Positions 1 to 7,663 of a stretch of DNA of 20,000 nucleotides are shown here, piece after piece. The stretch is from an uncultured virus (IMG/VR IMGVR_UViG_3300031278_000001). Its lineage: Duplodnaviria > Heunggongvirae > Uroviricota > Caudoviricetes. Below the pieces are notes generated by a model. That model made no database searches, had not been told where the DNA came from, and worked only from the letters and a program-made list of their open reading frames with translations. How positions within the stretch are numbered: the first letter of the stretch is position 1; the number at the start of each line of letters is the position of its first letter. The position numbers and the translations under genes are program-made. The stretch is from the IMG/VR virus record IMGVR_UViG_3300031278_000001, one strand, 5' to 3'.

Positions 1-39
1 ACCAACACGTTTCACTTCTTTCTTCCCTATCGTTTCCAT
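1..39 (-). CDS. 5' end of a hypothetical protein running off the window (METIGKKEVKRVG...)
   Basis: ATG at 39 preceded by AAGGTG; frame open to window edge. Confidence 0.45.
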   Translation of the reverse strand, partial: METIGKKEVKRVG

Positions 40-43
40 AACA

Positions 44-370
44 TCACCTTATAGTTGGAATTATTCTCAAAATTAATTTAATATAATTCTTTTTTCGCTT
101 CTCACCACTCACTCTGAATTTATAACCTTTCAACTTTAAATCTTCACCAATGTTAAATACATAATCACCCTTTCTTTTTTTCATGGATTCCCTTGTTATT
201 TTCACAGTCAACTTGATATCGGTTAGTTTACAAATCTCACATTTATAACCATTTAATTCCACAACATCACCAACTCTAAATTTATAAGGTTCTTTCTTCT
301 TAACTAATCTCTTTTTACCGAGACTAACAAGTTTACCTTTACCTCTCAATGATTCTCTATCCACTTCCAT
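44..370 (-). CDS. hypothetical basic protein with an internal duplicated beta-rich motif
   Basis: 108 aa ORF; FRVGDVVELNGYKCEI and FNIGEDLKLKGYKFRV resemble each other. Confidence 0.7.
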   Translation of the reverse strand: MEVDRESLRGKGKLVSLGKKRLVKKKEPYKFRVGDVVELNGYKCEICKLTDIKLTVKITRESMKKRKGDYVFNIGEDLKLKGYKFRVSGEKRKKNYIKLILRIIPTIR

Positions 371-380
371 TTTTTATCTT

Positions 381-1031
381 TCACTCCCTTTTACCTTTAG
401 ATAAACATTCTTCAATAGTTCTTCTCTTCATGTTTTTCACCATATAAATTAAATTACATACTTGATGAGAATCCTTTAAATGACGTTTCTCATATCCATA
501 AAAAGAACTATCTATAGCAAAACTATCCGCATCTGTAGCAGAACTATCCGCATAATAAGGACCAGTGCTTTGTTTTATATCTTCCAATACCTTTATTAAA
601 GTATCAACTAAATACGGATTATCAGTAATCAATTCATCCATGTTATATACTATTCCTTTACTTAACTCTCGTATAGCATAAATAAAAGCAAGATCATCCC
701 TCACATTCAACACAATATTATTAACTTTACAAGCAAGATCTAAACTCGCTTCCAAACTCTCTATATGATTAGATTTGTTTACCAAATTTGTATGAAAAGA
801 AAAATAACACCATGATAACAAAAGAGTTATAGCAATCATACATACACCTAATGCTATTCTAAAAAACTTAATGGTCCAACTATTATAATTCTCTCTGTAA
901 AATTCAATAGCGTGTGGTATAAATGCATACCAATCATCCGCCTTATCACTTACTTCTTCATAATGCTTCAAAGCATGATCACATAAATTATTAATAGAAA
1001 CTTCACCTACTATTTCTCTTTTAAATTTCAT
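381..1031 (-). CDS. hypothetical single-pass membrane protein
   Basis: 216 aa; hydrophobic stretch IALGVCMIAITLLLSWCYFSF; ATGA overlap with upstream gene. Confidence 0.75.
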   Translation of the reverse strand: MKFKREIVGEVSINNLCDHALKHYEEVSDKADDWYAFIPHAIEFYRENYNSWTIKFFRIALGVCMIAITLLLSWCYFSFHTNLVNKSNHIESLEASLDLACKVNNIVLNVRDDLAFIYAIRELSKGIVYNMDELITDNPYLVDTLIKVLEDIKQSTGPYYADSSATDADSFAIDSSFYGYEKRHLKDSHQVCNLIYMVKNMKRRTIEECLSKGKRE

Positions 1032-1300
1032 CCCTCAATTTCCTTGATTTTATTGAGTATTATTTGAAACACACTTTTGGGTTTATACTTCCCTTCCCAT
1101 TCGTTAAGTTCTTGCATTACATTCACCCACCTCTTCAACTCCTCAACATCGAATTTGCGTTTGGTGTAGCCAGCAAGTATGATTTTTCTGGCTCCCTCTT
1201 GTGCTATCAGTTCTTCTGGATTGTCCCTGTATATTCCTATTTTAATAGAATATAAAATTCTTTCCAATTCCCTTAATTCCTTCTCCTTCTCAGTCATCAT
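1028..1300 (-). CDS. GYTKRKF-family small protein, copy 1
   Basis: AAGGAGG RBS; EKEKEL / GYTKRKFDVEEL / KIKEIEG blocks shared with three paralogs. Confidence 0.8.
   Translation of the reverse strand: MMTEKEKELRELERILYSIKIGIYRDNPEELIAQEGARKIILAGYTKRKFDVEELKRWVNVMQELNEWEGKYKPKSVFQIILNKIKEIEG
1142..1171. repeat. 30-bp dispersed repeat core, copy 1
   Basis: ctcaacatcgaatttgcgtttggtgtagcc; identical to 1436-1465, 1 mismatch to 16325-16354, 2 to 18491-18520. Confidence 0.95.
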
Positions 1301-1369
1301 TCCTCCTTTATTCTATCTATTATGCCCACTCTTTTGGGTAGTAAATCCCATAAGAACTTTCTCCATTTT

Positions 1370-1585
1370 TTAGGGGTGTTTATGAAATTTAGATAGTCTT
1401 GCCTTGTATCTAAAAAGTAATGCTTCCTCCAACTTCTCAACATCGAATTTGCGTTTGGTGTAGCCTAATTCTTGGATTTTCTCTGCAAGTTCTCTTGCTA
1501 ATTCCATTGGAACCATAGTGTTTCTATTCCAAGTTAAAATTATTCTTTTTAATTCGCCTAATTCTTTTTCCTTCTCATCCATCAT
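1370..1585 (-). CDS. GYTKRKF-family small protein, copy 2 (possible +1 frame extension to 1297)
   Basis: AAGGAGG RBS just downstream of a promoter; ends CCC TAA; +1 frame continues to ...IIDRIKEE-TGA. Confidence 0.75.
   Translation of the reverse strand: MMDEKEKELGELKRIILTWNRNTMVPMELARELAEKIQELGYTKRKFDVEKLEEALLFRYKARLSKFHKHP
1436..1465. repeat. 30-bp dispersed repeat core, copy 2
   Basis: exact match to 1142-1171. Confidence 0.95.
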
Positions 1586-1603
1586 CCCTCCTTTTGTATA
1601 TAC

Positions 1604-1631
1604 AATATAATCAAATATTATAATTTGTCAA
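1604..1631 (-). promoter_or_regulatory. sigma70-type promoter
   Basis: TTGACA-N16-TATATT upstream of RBS and ATG at 1585. Confidence 0.7.
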
Positions 1632-1640
1632 GGGGTAAAT

Positions 1641-1827
1641 TTAATTCTTCTCTAATAGCAGTAGTTTGATTTTTGTCAACTGAGCATACACCCAATCTTT
1701 CAAATTCTCCAACCAACCTTAAAGGCTCTTTCCACATCTCCGGAATAATGCTTGGGTAATAAACCTTTTTCTATTTCTTCATCAAAAGTCATTAAGATTT
1801 GTCAGAAAGCATTTTCTCTATTTCCAT
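1641..1827 (-). pseudogene. frameshifted remnant of a phage hypothetical gene (WRILKDWVxAQL motif)
   Basis: ...ERAFKVGWRI-TGA; adding one T at 1702-1704 restores LKDWVYAQLTKIKL; 5' part also broken. Confidence 0.55.
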
Positions 1828-1858
1828 ATCAGAACTAAGTTATTTCCCAACCCAAATT

Positions 1859-2308
1859 TTATGCCCCTTCAAATATTATACCTTTTTCCCAATTAAACTT
1901 ACATTCGGGACATTCTTCTGCGAGCATTTCCAATAATTCTTTCTTATGTTTGTTTAAGGTTTTGTGATAAACATCCACTGCCTTACCGTAAACATCCACT
2001 GCCTTGCGGAAAACATCCCTCTCCTTATCGTAAACACCCCCTGCCTTGCGGAAAACATCCCTCTCCTTATCGTAAACACCCTCTGCCTTGCGGAAAACAG
2101 CCCACGCCTTGCGGTAAACACCCTCTGCCTTAACTATTTCTTTTGGCAATTCTCCTTTAACTTTTTTAAGACATTTTAATCTCATCTTTTGTTGATATTC
2201 TGGTTTATTTTCTTTGATAAAATTTATCCTATTTTTTATTGGTTCGATAGCACTCTCAACTATTATTTGATGATGAATACAAAAATACCATTTAAGTTTT
2301 TTATTCAT
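1859..2308 (-). CDS. phage-type hypothetical protein with heptad tandem repeat and CxxC
   Basis: 149 aa; IHH near N-terminus, KAxxVY/F repeats, ECPEC near C-terminus. Confidence 0.8.
   Translation of the reverse strand: MNKKLKWYFCIHHQIIVESAIEPIKNRINFIKENKPEYQQKMRLKCLKKVKGELPKEIVKAEGVYRKAWAVFRKAEGVYDKERDVFRKAGGVYDKERDVFRKAVDVYGKAVDVYHKTLNKHKKELLEMLAEECPECKFNWEKGIIFEGA
1964..2131 (-). repeat. 21-bp tandem repeat x8 with 42-bp higher-order unit
   Basis: units AAG GNN NNG GNT GTT TWY NNY; two near-identical 42-bp pairs; GC-richer than flanks. Confidence 0.9.
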
Positions 2309-2800
2309 TTAAAAACTTCCTCTTTTCCATTTTTTCTTTTTATCATCCCAAACTCTTTTCCATTTTTTATGAGAAATAAAGGCCAATATTAATTCAATCC
2401 TAGAAAATTGTTTCCAATATTCTTTATATCCATCTCCAGTAGAAATATAGTTTTCTATTTCATTTATTAGATAATAACCTTTACGTTCATCTCCTAGTAT
2501 ATCAAACAACCTATCTATTGTAGGCACAAACACACAAATCTCTTTAAAAAATTTCTCATCATACTTAAAGGTCCTTACATTTCCTTTTATATCAGAAGCA
2601 TGAAAATATCCTTCAATGTCTGACTCAAAAGTTAAAACAATAAGATCTTCTCTCTGAACTTTGTCAGGCCAAATCTTTTTATCTATTTCTTTCCCGAACA
2701 TAGTATACTTCCGATACACCCAATCACCTACCTGAGGAACCCAACTTTTTTGTAATGGGTTTAACATCTCACATTTCTTTATATATTCTTCTGTAAACAT
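2309..2800 (-). CDS. hypothetical protein
   Basis: 163 aa; GGAGG RBS; YIKKC...WVPQVGDW start typical of phage hypotheticals. Confidence 0.8.
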   Translation of the reverse strand: MFTEEYIKKCEMLNPLQKSWVPQVGDWVYRKYTMFGKEIDKKIWPDKVQREDLIVLTFESDIEGYFHASDIKGNVRTFKYDEKFFKEICVFVPTIDRLFDILGDERKGYYLINEIENYISTGDGYKEYWKQFSRIELILAFISHKKWKRVWDDKKKKWKRGSF

Positions 2801-2816
2801 CTATAACCTCCAATCT

Positions 2817-3080
2817 TTATTTATCTTCTCTTTCCTCAAAGAAAACACATCCAAAATCTTTATGAGTAAATATATCAATATCCCCCTGAGACACAAAGGC
2901 ATTAGCACAATGATAAACCAATCCAACAAAATCAGAACTACTTTTAATATCCAACTCCGAAAGGTTTTTGACCGCAACTAAACAAGTAGATTTAAATGGA
3001 ACGGCACTATCATCATCAGAACGGTCCCAATGAGCACAATCTCTACATCTTCCTATTAATATTTTGTTATTCTTATCCAA
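2817..3080 (-). CDS. Cys-rich small protein
   Basis: GGAGGT RBS, TTG start; CRDCAHW...C...DFGC putative metal ligands. Confidence 0.7.
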   Translation of the reverse strand: MDKNNKILIGRCRDCAHWDRSDDDSAVPFKSTCLVAVKNLSELDIKSSSDFVGLVYHCANAFVSQGDIDIFTHKDFGCVFFEEREDK

Positions 3081-3441
3081 TCATTTACCTCCCACAATCA
3101 TCAGCACCGAACAAACAAGAACTCCAACTACAAAACCTATTAAAAATACTGAAGGTATTTTCATCAACTTAGATCTTGCATCAACATATTTAGTTGCTAA
3201 ATCTGACATAAAACTCCTTGTCTTCTTCATTTCTTTTTCTAGTTCATCTAATGCACCAAGAAATTTCTCAACATCTTTTCTATTCACATTTCCCTCCATT
3301 AAATTTAAAACCATCTTCTCTTTTTTAATTACTTTATCAAATAAAATTTTGATCTTGTTAATATCTTTTATATTGTCCTGAAACAATATGCAATGCCAAA
3401 AACAACTCCAACTCTTCATCTATTCTTTTCTTATCTATCAT
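3081..3441 (-). pseudogene. coiled-coil protein with C-terminal membrane anchor, apparently frameshifted near the 5' end
   Basis: AAGGAG RBS and ATG at 3441 give MIDKKRIDEELELFLAL... then stop; the long 3081-3419 ORF is in the +1 frame and has no RBS. Confidence 0.55.
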
Positions 3442-3464
3442 AATCTCTCCTTTTATATATCTTT

Positions 3465-3492
3465 ATTATACTAAAAAATCTTAATTTGTCAA
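3465..3492 (-). promoter_or_regulatory. sigma70-type promoter
   Basis: perfect TTGACA-N16-TATAAT in intergenic DNA. Confidence 0.85.
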
Positions 3493-3501
3493 GGGGGCAA
3501 T

Positions 3502-4128
3502 TTAATAAATGCACTCAACATAATCACCATAGATATAAAATCTCCAGTTCTTTCCAGCATAGTATCTTGCAATAGCTTCTCTATCATCCCCAGAAAATCT
3601 TTTTAGTTCTGAAATATATATACAGGCTAACAACAAATTGTCTTCTAATCTAAACATATCCAGATCCCGATCCAATATCTTCTTTTTCTCCTCTTTTGTA
3701 AGAAAAAACTTAGTCATATCAAATTCTATTAAAGACATTAAGTATTCAGATGTCTCAGGCATTATCTGGAGGATTCCCTCAGCACCTTTACAACTAATAG
3801 CATCCGGAAAAAAATTAGACTCCACATTAACCCAACGCAATAGCTGTTCATAATCTAAATTAAATCTCACAGAATAGTCATAAATTGTTTTAATGATATC
3901 CGAATCCGCTCTATAGCCAAGGGTCCTGGCCAAAAACAAAGCACTTTTCCTCTCAGCATTATATTCTTCTACCACATAAAAAAAACAATCCCCCGATTTC
4001 TTGGCGGGGGATGTTATCAAAAAGAATAGAATACAAAATAAAATACCTATTCTCATATATATTTTATGTAAAAATACATCTCGTTTTCTAACTTCATCAA
4101 GATAATCGCATATCAATAATTGACCCAT
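3502..4128 (-). CDS. lytic transglycosylase (SLT domain) with N-terminal membrane anchor
   Basis: VESNF catalytic Glu motif, GAEGILQIMPET, DNL, ARYYAG; hydrophobic IGILFCILFFLIT; AGGAGG RBS. Confidence 0.9.
   Translation of the reverse strand: MGQLLICDYLDEVRKRDVFLHKIYMRIGILFCILFFLITSPAKKSGDCFFYVVEEYNAERKSALFLARTLGYRADSDIIKTIYDYSVRFNLDYEQLLRWVNVESNFFPDAISCKGAEGILQIMPETSEYLMSLIEFDMTKFFLTKEEKKKILDRDLDMFRLEDNLLLACIYISELKRFSGDDREAIARYYAGKNWRFYIYGDYVECIY
3978..4012 (-). terminator. intrinsic terminator-like hairpin inside the SLT gene
   Basis: ATCCCCCG-9 nt-CGGGGGAT followed by TGTTTTTTTT on minus strand. Confidence 0.6.
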
Positions 4129-4165
4129 TACTATCCTCCTAATGAATTTTATATATAAAGCGTTT

Positions 4166-4996
4166 CTATAACATACTATCAGAGTTGTATTTATTATAAA
4201 ATCTTTTCAAAGAACTATAAGTGTTTGTAGGTGAATACCTAAACACCTCACTATATTTCACCCATGCAGTTGAACCAGAAATATAATCTATAAACTTACG
4301 GATAGATGTCAACCTCAAAACAAGCTCCTTTCTCTGATTGCGCCCAATCTTAATCATCAGATCCTGATTCGTGTTAAGCAAAACATATAGATCACTGAAA
4401 AATTTATCAACTTCTTTTTCATTGAATCTACCCATAGTAAAAGTTATTCTCGGTTGATTTTTTTCAAAGTCAAATTTACCTTTTTTCATATAAAAGTGTA
4501 AAACCACATTTGGATTTAAATTCATAGCAGGAATATGTTTCTCCTTATCCACATACCAACGTTCCCAATAATTAAAGAACTCCGCATAGGAGAAAGTAGT
4601 CAATTGGAACCTATCAGCAGATTCCCTGATACCCTTACTTTGTATTCCAAAAGATTTTAACTGATTATATAAACATTCAAGATAAAGTCGGTCCTGTGAT
4701 GCCACCTCATAAACCGCACTACTATTTGAAATGGGACGCATTGATGCACCACCTAGAATAGTACCATCCAATAAATCAACACAATCATTCCAATCTGCTC
4801 TCTTATCATCAAGATGATTACTAACATCTTTATCATGAACACAATGCTTATAACCCTGGGGTTTAATGCCTAACTTATCACACCATTTAGAAATTGTAGC
4901 AATTGAACAACCACATTCTTCTGATATATCTTTTTGAGTGAGATGTCTAACTTCAATTGCATCCTTCATATATTCTATATCTTTATATTTTTTCAT
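4166..4996 (-). CDS. HTH + LAGLIDADG-like protein, probably nuclease-dead
   Basis: N-terminal HTH (TQKDISEECGCSIATISKW); LAGLIDADG-like helices DGTILGGAS and LHFYMKKG; RWY..KEKHIP. Confidence 0.7.
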   Translation of the reverse strand: MKKYKDIEYMKDAIEVRHLTQKDISEECGCSIATISKWCDKLGIKPQGYKHCVHDKDVSNHLDDKRADWNDCVDLLDGTILGGASMRPISNSSAVYEVASQDRLYLECLYNQLKSFGIQSKGIRESADRFQLTTFSYAEFFNYWERWYVDKEKHIPAMNLNPNVVLHFYMKKGKFDFEKNQPRITFTMGRFNEKEVDKFFSDLYVLLNTNQDLMIKIGRNQRKELVLRLTSIRKFIDYISGSTAWVKYSEVFRYSPTNTYSSLKRFYNKYNSDSML

Positions 4997-5020
4997 AATT
5001 TCACCTTTCCCATATTATAT

Positions 5021-5048
5021 ATTATAACATTTTTCCCCGTTTTGTCAA
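5021..5048 (-). promoter_or_regulatory. sigma70-type promoter with extended -10
   Basis: TTGACA-N16-TATAAT with TGn directly before the -10. Confidence 0.85.
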
Positions 5049-5126
5049 GGAGTTTCAAAAATATCTTCATATAACAAAACTATTAACTTTAACCGCATAA
5101 TATAAATTATCTATTCTATTTTCATT

Positions 5127-5735
5127 CTATAGTTTTTGATATTCTTGCCATGATCTAAAATCATTTTTATTAAAATAAACTTTCCCTACATGAGCTTTAC
5201 TGTGTAAAAAATGAAAGATTTTAATTTTATTCCAATATTTTTTTTCATCTTCAGGAGTAATATCATGAAAAGTCGCATTATAATAAAATGGCAATTCTTC
5301 TAATGGTAATTCCGAAGCAAATTCATTAAAAATCGATTGATCTGCTTCCCCTTTTAAGATTTTATTTTGCTTCAGTCTTTCTTCATAAATTTGATTCCAT
5401 TTTTTTGAAAAAAACAACATAATATCTTTAGCAAAAACAATAAGCCCAGCATTCAATCTCCCATCTTTATGTCTAACGATCCCCACTTTATTGTTTTCAG
5501 CAACTTTAAATAAATAATCTAATTTGCCATTAATATACATATCTGTATCTATAACAACTGTATAATTAAAAGGAGTAAGAATAGCTGCTTTAGTTTTAAT
5601 TCTAAAAACATCATCAACATTTTTTGCAATCCAAATAGAAATGGGGTACTCCTTATGAAATTTAGATAAAGATAACAAAAACTTTCTTAATTCCTCAAAT
5701 CTATCTAAGGTAATAACTATAAAAAATCCTTTCAT
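5127..5735 (-). CDS. GT-A fold glycosyltransferase (GT8-like)
   Basis: IDTD DxD motif, LNAGLIVF, ADQ, YN, IFHF. Confidence 0.8.
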   Translation of the reverse strand: MKGFFIVITLDRFEELRKFLLSLSKFHKEYPISIWIAKNVDDVFRIKTKAAILTPFNYTVVIDTDMYINGKLDYLFKVAENNKVGIVRHKDGRLNAGLIVFAKDIMLFFSKKWNQIYEERLKQNKILKGEADQSIFNEFASELPLEELPFYYNATFHDITPEDEKKYWNKIKIFHFLHSKAHVGKVYFNKNDFRSWQEYQKL

Positions 5736-6349
5736 AACAATTTTACACCAACCATATAATTATTAAACTTTGGAAAAATATCTTTTGGCTCTAAAATATT
5801 TACTTTAAATGTTTTTCTATCCAATGAATCGATTAACCTTTTACATCCTCTATTATTATTTTTATCCCAATAATCATCAAAAACAACTACAGTTGAATTA
5901 TACATTAGTTTTTTACAATTTTTCCAATCACTAGCAATCGTTTCAATACTATGCCCCCCATCTATAAAAATTAAATCCATTTTAGGGATCTTACTAACTA
6001 CTTCCGGCATAACTTTTTTTGTGTTTCCTTTAAATAATTCGATATTTATTCCCGTTACTTTTAATAAATTATATACCTGTTCTATTGATAAAGGAATAAC
6101 TTTATCTGATCCTTCTCCCTTTATAATTTGAAAGTTAAAAGTTTCAAATAAATCAAAACCATAAAATTCCATCTCTTTATTTAAATGAAATTGTTTAGCT
6201 ATGTTGATAAGTTTCAAAGAAGTCTTCGCTTTCCAAATCCCAATTTCCATAATTCGTTTCGGTTTTACTTCCCTACAAATCCTAAATAACGCCTCATACC
6301 TTTTGCACCTATCAGGTATTCCATTAATCCAAAAAGTTTTATTTTCCAT
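5732..6349 (-). CDS. class I SAM-dependent methyltransferase (Methyltransf_24-like)
   Basis: MEIG, YGFDLF, DLIFIDGGHS, VVFDDY. Confidence 0.9.
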   Translation of the reverse strand: MENKTFWINGIPDRCKRYEALFRICREVKPKRIMEIGIWKAKTSLKLINIAKQFHLNKEMEFYGFDLFETFNFQIIKGEGSDKVIPLSIEQVYNLLKVTGINIELFKGNTKKVMPEVVSKIPKMDLIFIDGGHSIETIASDWKNCKKLMYNSTVVVFDDYWDKNNNRGCKRLIDSLDRKTFKVNILEPKDIFPKFNNYMVGVKLL

Positions 6350-6962
6350 TTTTATTTAATTGTTCTTTAAAAATTAATAACCGTTTATCTAATTTTACTT
6401 TTGGTGGGTGCCATACAGGAACATTACCTGTCCAATTTTCACTTACCTCAAATAAAGGATAATCTATTATTTTTATTTTAGCTTTTTTTATAGCAAGTGC
6501 AAATATAAAATCAAACTCGTTTTTGTTAAAATAAGAAGATTCTTTTATATTAATATCTTTGACAGCCTTTTGGTCGACAGCATTGCATCCACCACGAATA
6601 TAATTACCATATACAGAACTATGCACCACCCCCATTGCTTCCCTCTCTAAATTTTTTACAGCATTAAACAATCTTCCCTTATCTAATATCAAAGCATCCA
6701 CATCTACTTTAATTAAAACATCAAATTTTTCCTTTTTGATTCTATTATAAAATAATTCACCTTTTAGTTGTATATTATTTTCAGATTCAATTATTTGTGG
6801 ATCACAATAATATTTTTTAATTATTTCTCCAATATTTCCCGAACAAATAAAATAGCATTTATAATCCTTAGAAATTTCCTGTAGAAACTTATTGGCAATA
6901 GCAAACTCTATATTAGAAATATCAACAAATGTCCAAAAAATTATAGTGGATGAATCCGCCAC
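6339..6962 (-). CDS. putative GT-A fold glycosyltransferase
   Basis: IKVDVDA DxD motif, IRGG, VWH; cluster context. Confidence 0.6.
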   Translation of the reverse strand: MADSSTIIFWTFVDISNIEFAIANKFLQEISKDYKCYFICSGNIGEIIKKYYCDPQIIESENNIQLKGELFYNRIKKEKFDVLIKVDVDALILDKGRLFNAVKNLEREAMGVVHSSVYGNYIRGGCNAVDQKAVKDINIKESSYFNKNEFDFIFALAIKKAKIKIIDYPLFEVSENWTGNVPVWHPPKVKLDKRLLIFKEQLNKNGK

Positions 6963-7663
6963 AATTCCTCCCTCTTCCAGTATGGAAGTTTAAATTTTTC
7001 TCTAAAACTTTTTCCGGAATCTTTCCAGGTATAATGTTGAATAATAGCATTTGAATTTAAAGAACTCCATTTAAAAAAATCATATGGCAAGGTTCCAACA
7101 GATAAATTTTCCTTTCTTACAGCACAGGCTAAACATTGCATGTCTCTTCCACAACCAAATTCTTTCCAATATTTATTCCATCTTTCAAAAAATTTTTGGA
7201 GTTTTGAAGTGTTCCTAAAACACATCAAAGCACCATGCCAAGCATCCAAGGGTAATTTCACGTTAAATGTCTCAATCGCTTTTTTATAAATATTGGGTAA
7301 ATTCTTCATAGTTAAATGACTCCACAATGGAAAAAGTAAATCATATCCTTTCAGATATTCAAAAATCTTTTCTACTCCTCTTCTCTGTATTACAGCGTCA
7401 CAATCAATATATAATGTTTCCTCAAATGGAGTATATTTTATTATTTGTGTCTTAATATCACGATTAAGTTTTGTCGGTATATCAAATTTTTGGAAAGAAA
7501 TACCAGAAATTTCTTTCCATTGTCCATCTCTTTGTCCCTCTGACAAATTAGTGAGTATACAGATAGGCAAATTAGTGTTCTGACGAGAAATTTTTACAGT
7601 AGATACAGCCAATCTATCATATTCCTTTCCAAAAACTATTTGAATAATACCCTGTTTCATCAT
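6941..7663 (-). CDS. GT-A fold glycosyltransferase (GT8-like)
   Basis: TPFEETLYIDCD, HGALMCF, RDM, IQHY; start moved to ATG at 7663, which overlaps the upstream TGA. Confidence 0.8.
   Translation of the reverse strand: MMKQGIIQIVFGKEYDRLAVSTVKISRQNTNLPICILTNLSEGQRDGQWKEISGISFQKFDIPTKLNRDIKTQIIKYTPFEETLYIDCDAVIQRRGVEKIFEYLKGYDLLFPLWSHLTMKNLPNIYKKAIETFNVKLPLDAWHGALMCFRNTSKLQKFFERWNKYWKEFGCGRDMQCLACAVRKENLSVGTLPYDFFKWSSLNSNAIIQHYTWKDSGKSFREKFKLPYWKREELWRIHPL

Noticed and set aside
1142..1465. 30-bp repeats as a CRISPR array
   Set aside because: Copies are 294 bp to 15 kb apart, lie in frame within ORFs, and no cas genes are present.
4166..4996. Group I intron or intein carrying the LAGLIDADG ORF
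   Set aside because: It has its own promoter and start, no split host gene, and no intein terminal residues.
4129..5129. TAG or TGA stop-codon reassignment
   Set aside because: Long genes are intact under the standard code, TAG stops are followed by properly spaced RBS (e.g. 13939), and TGA stops form ATGA overlaps.
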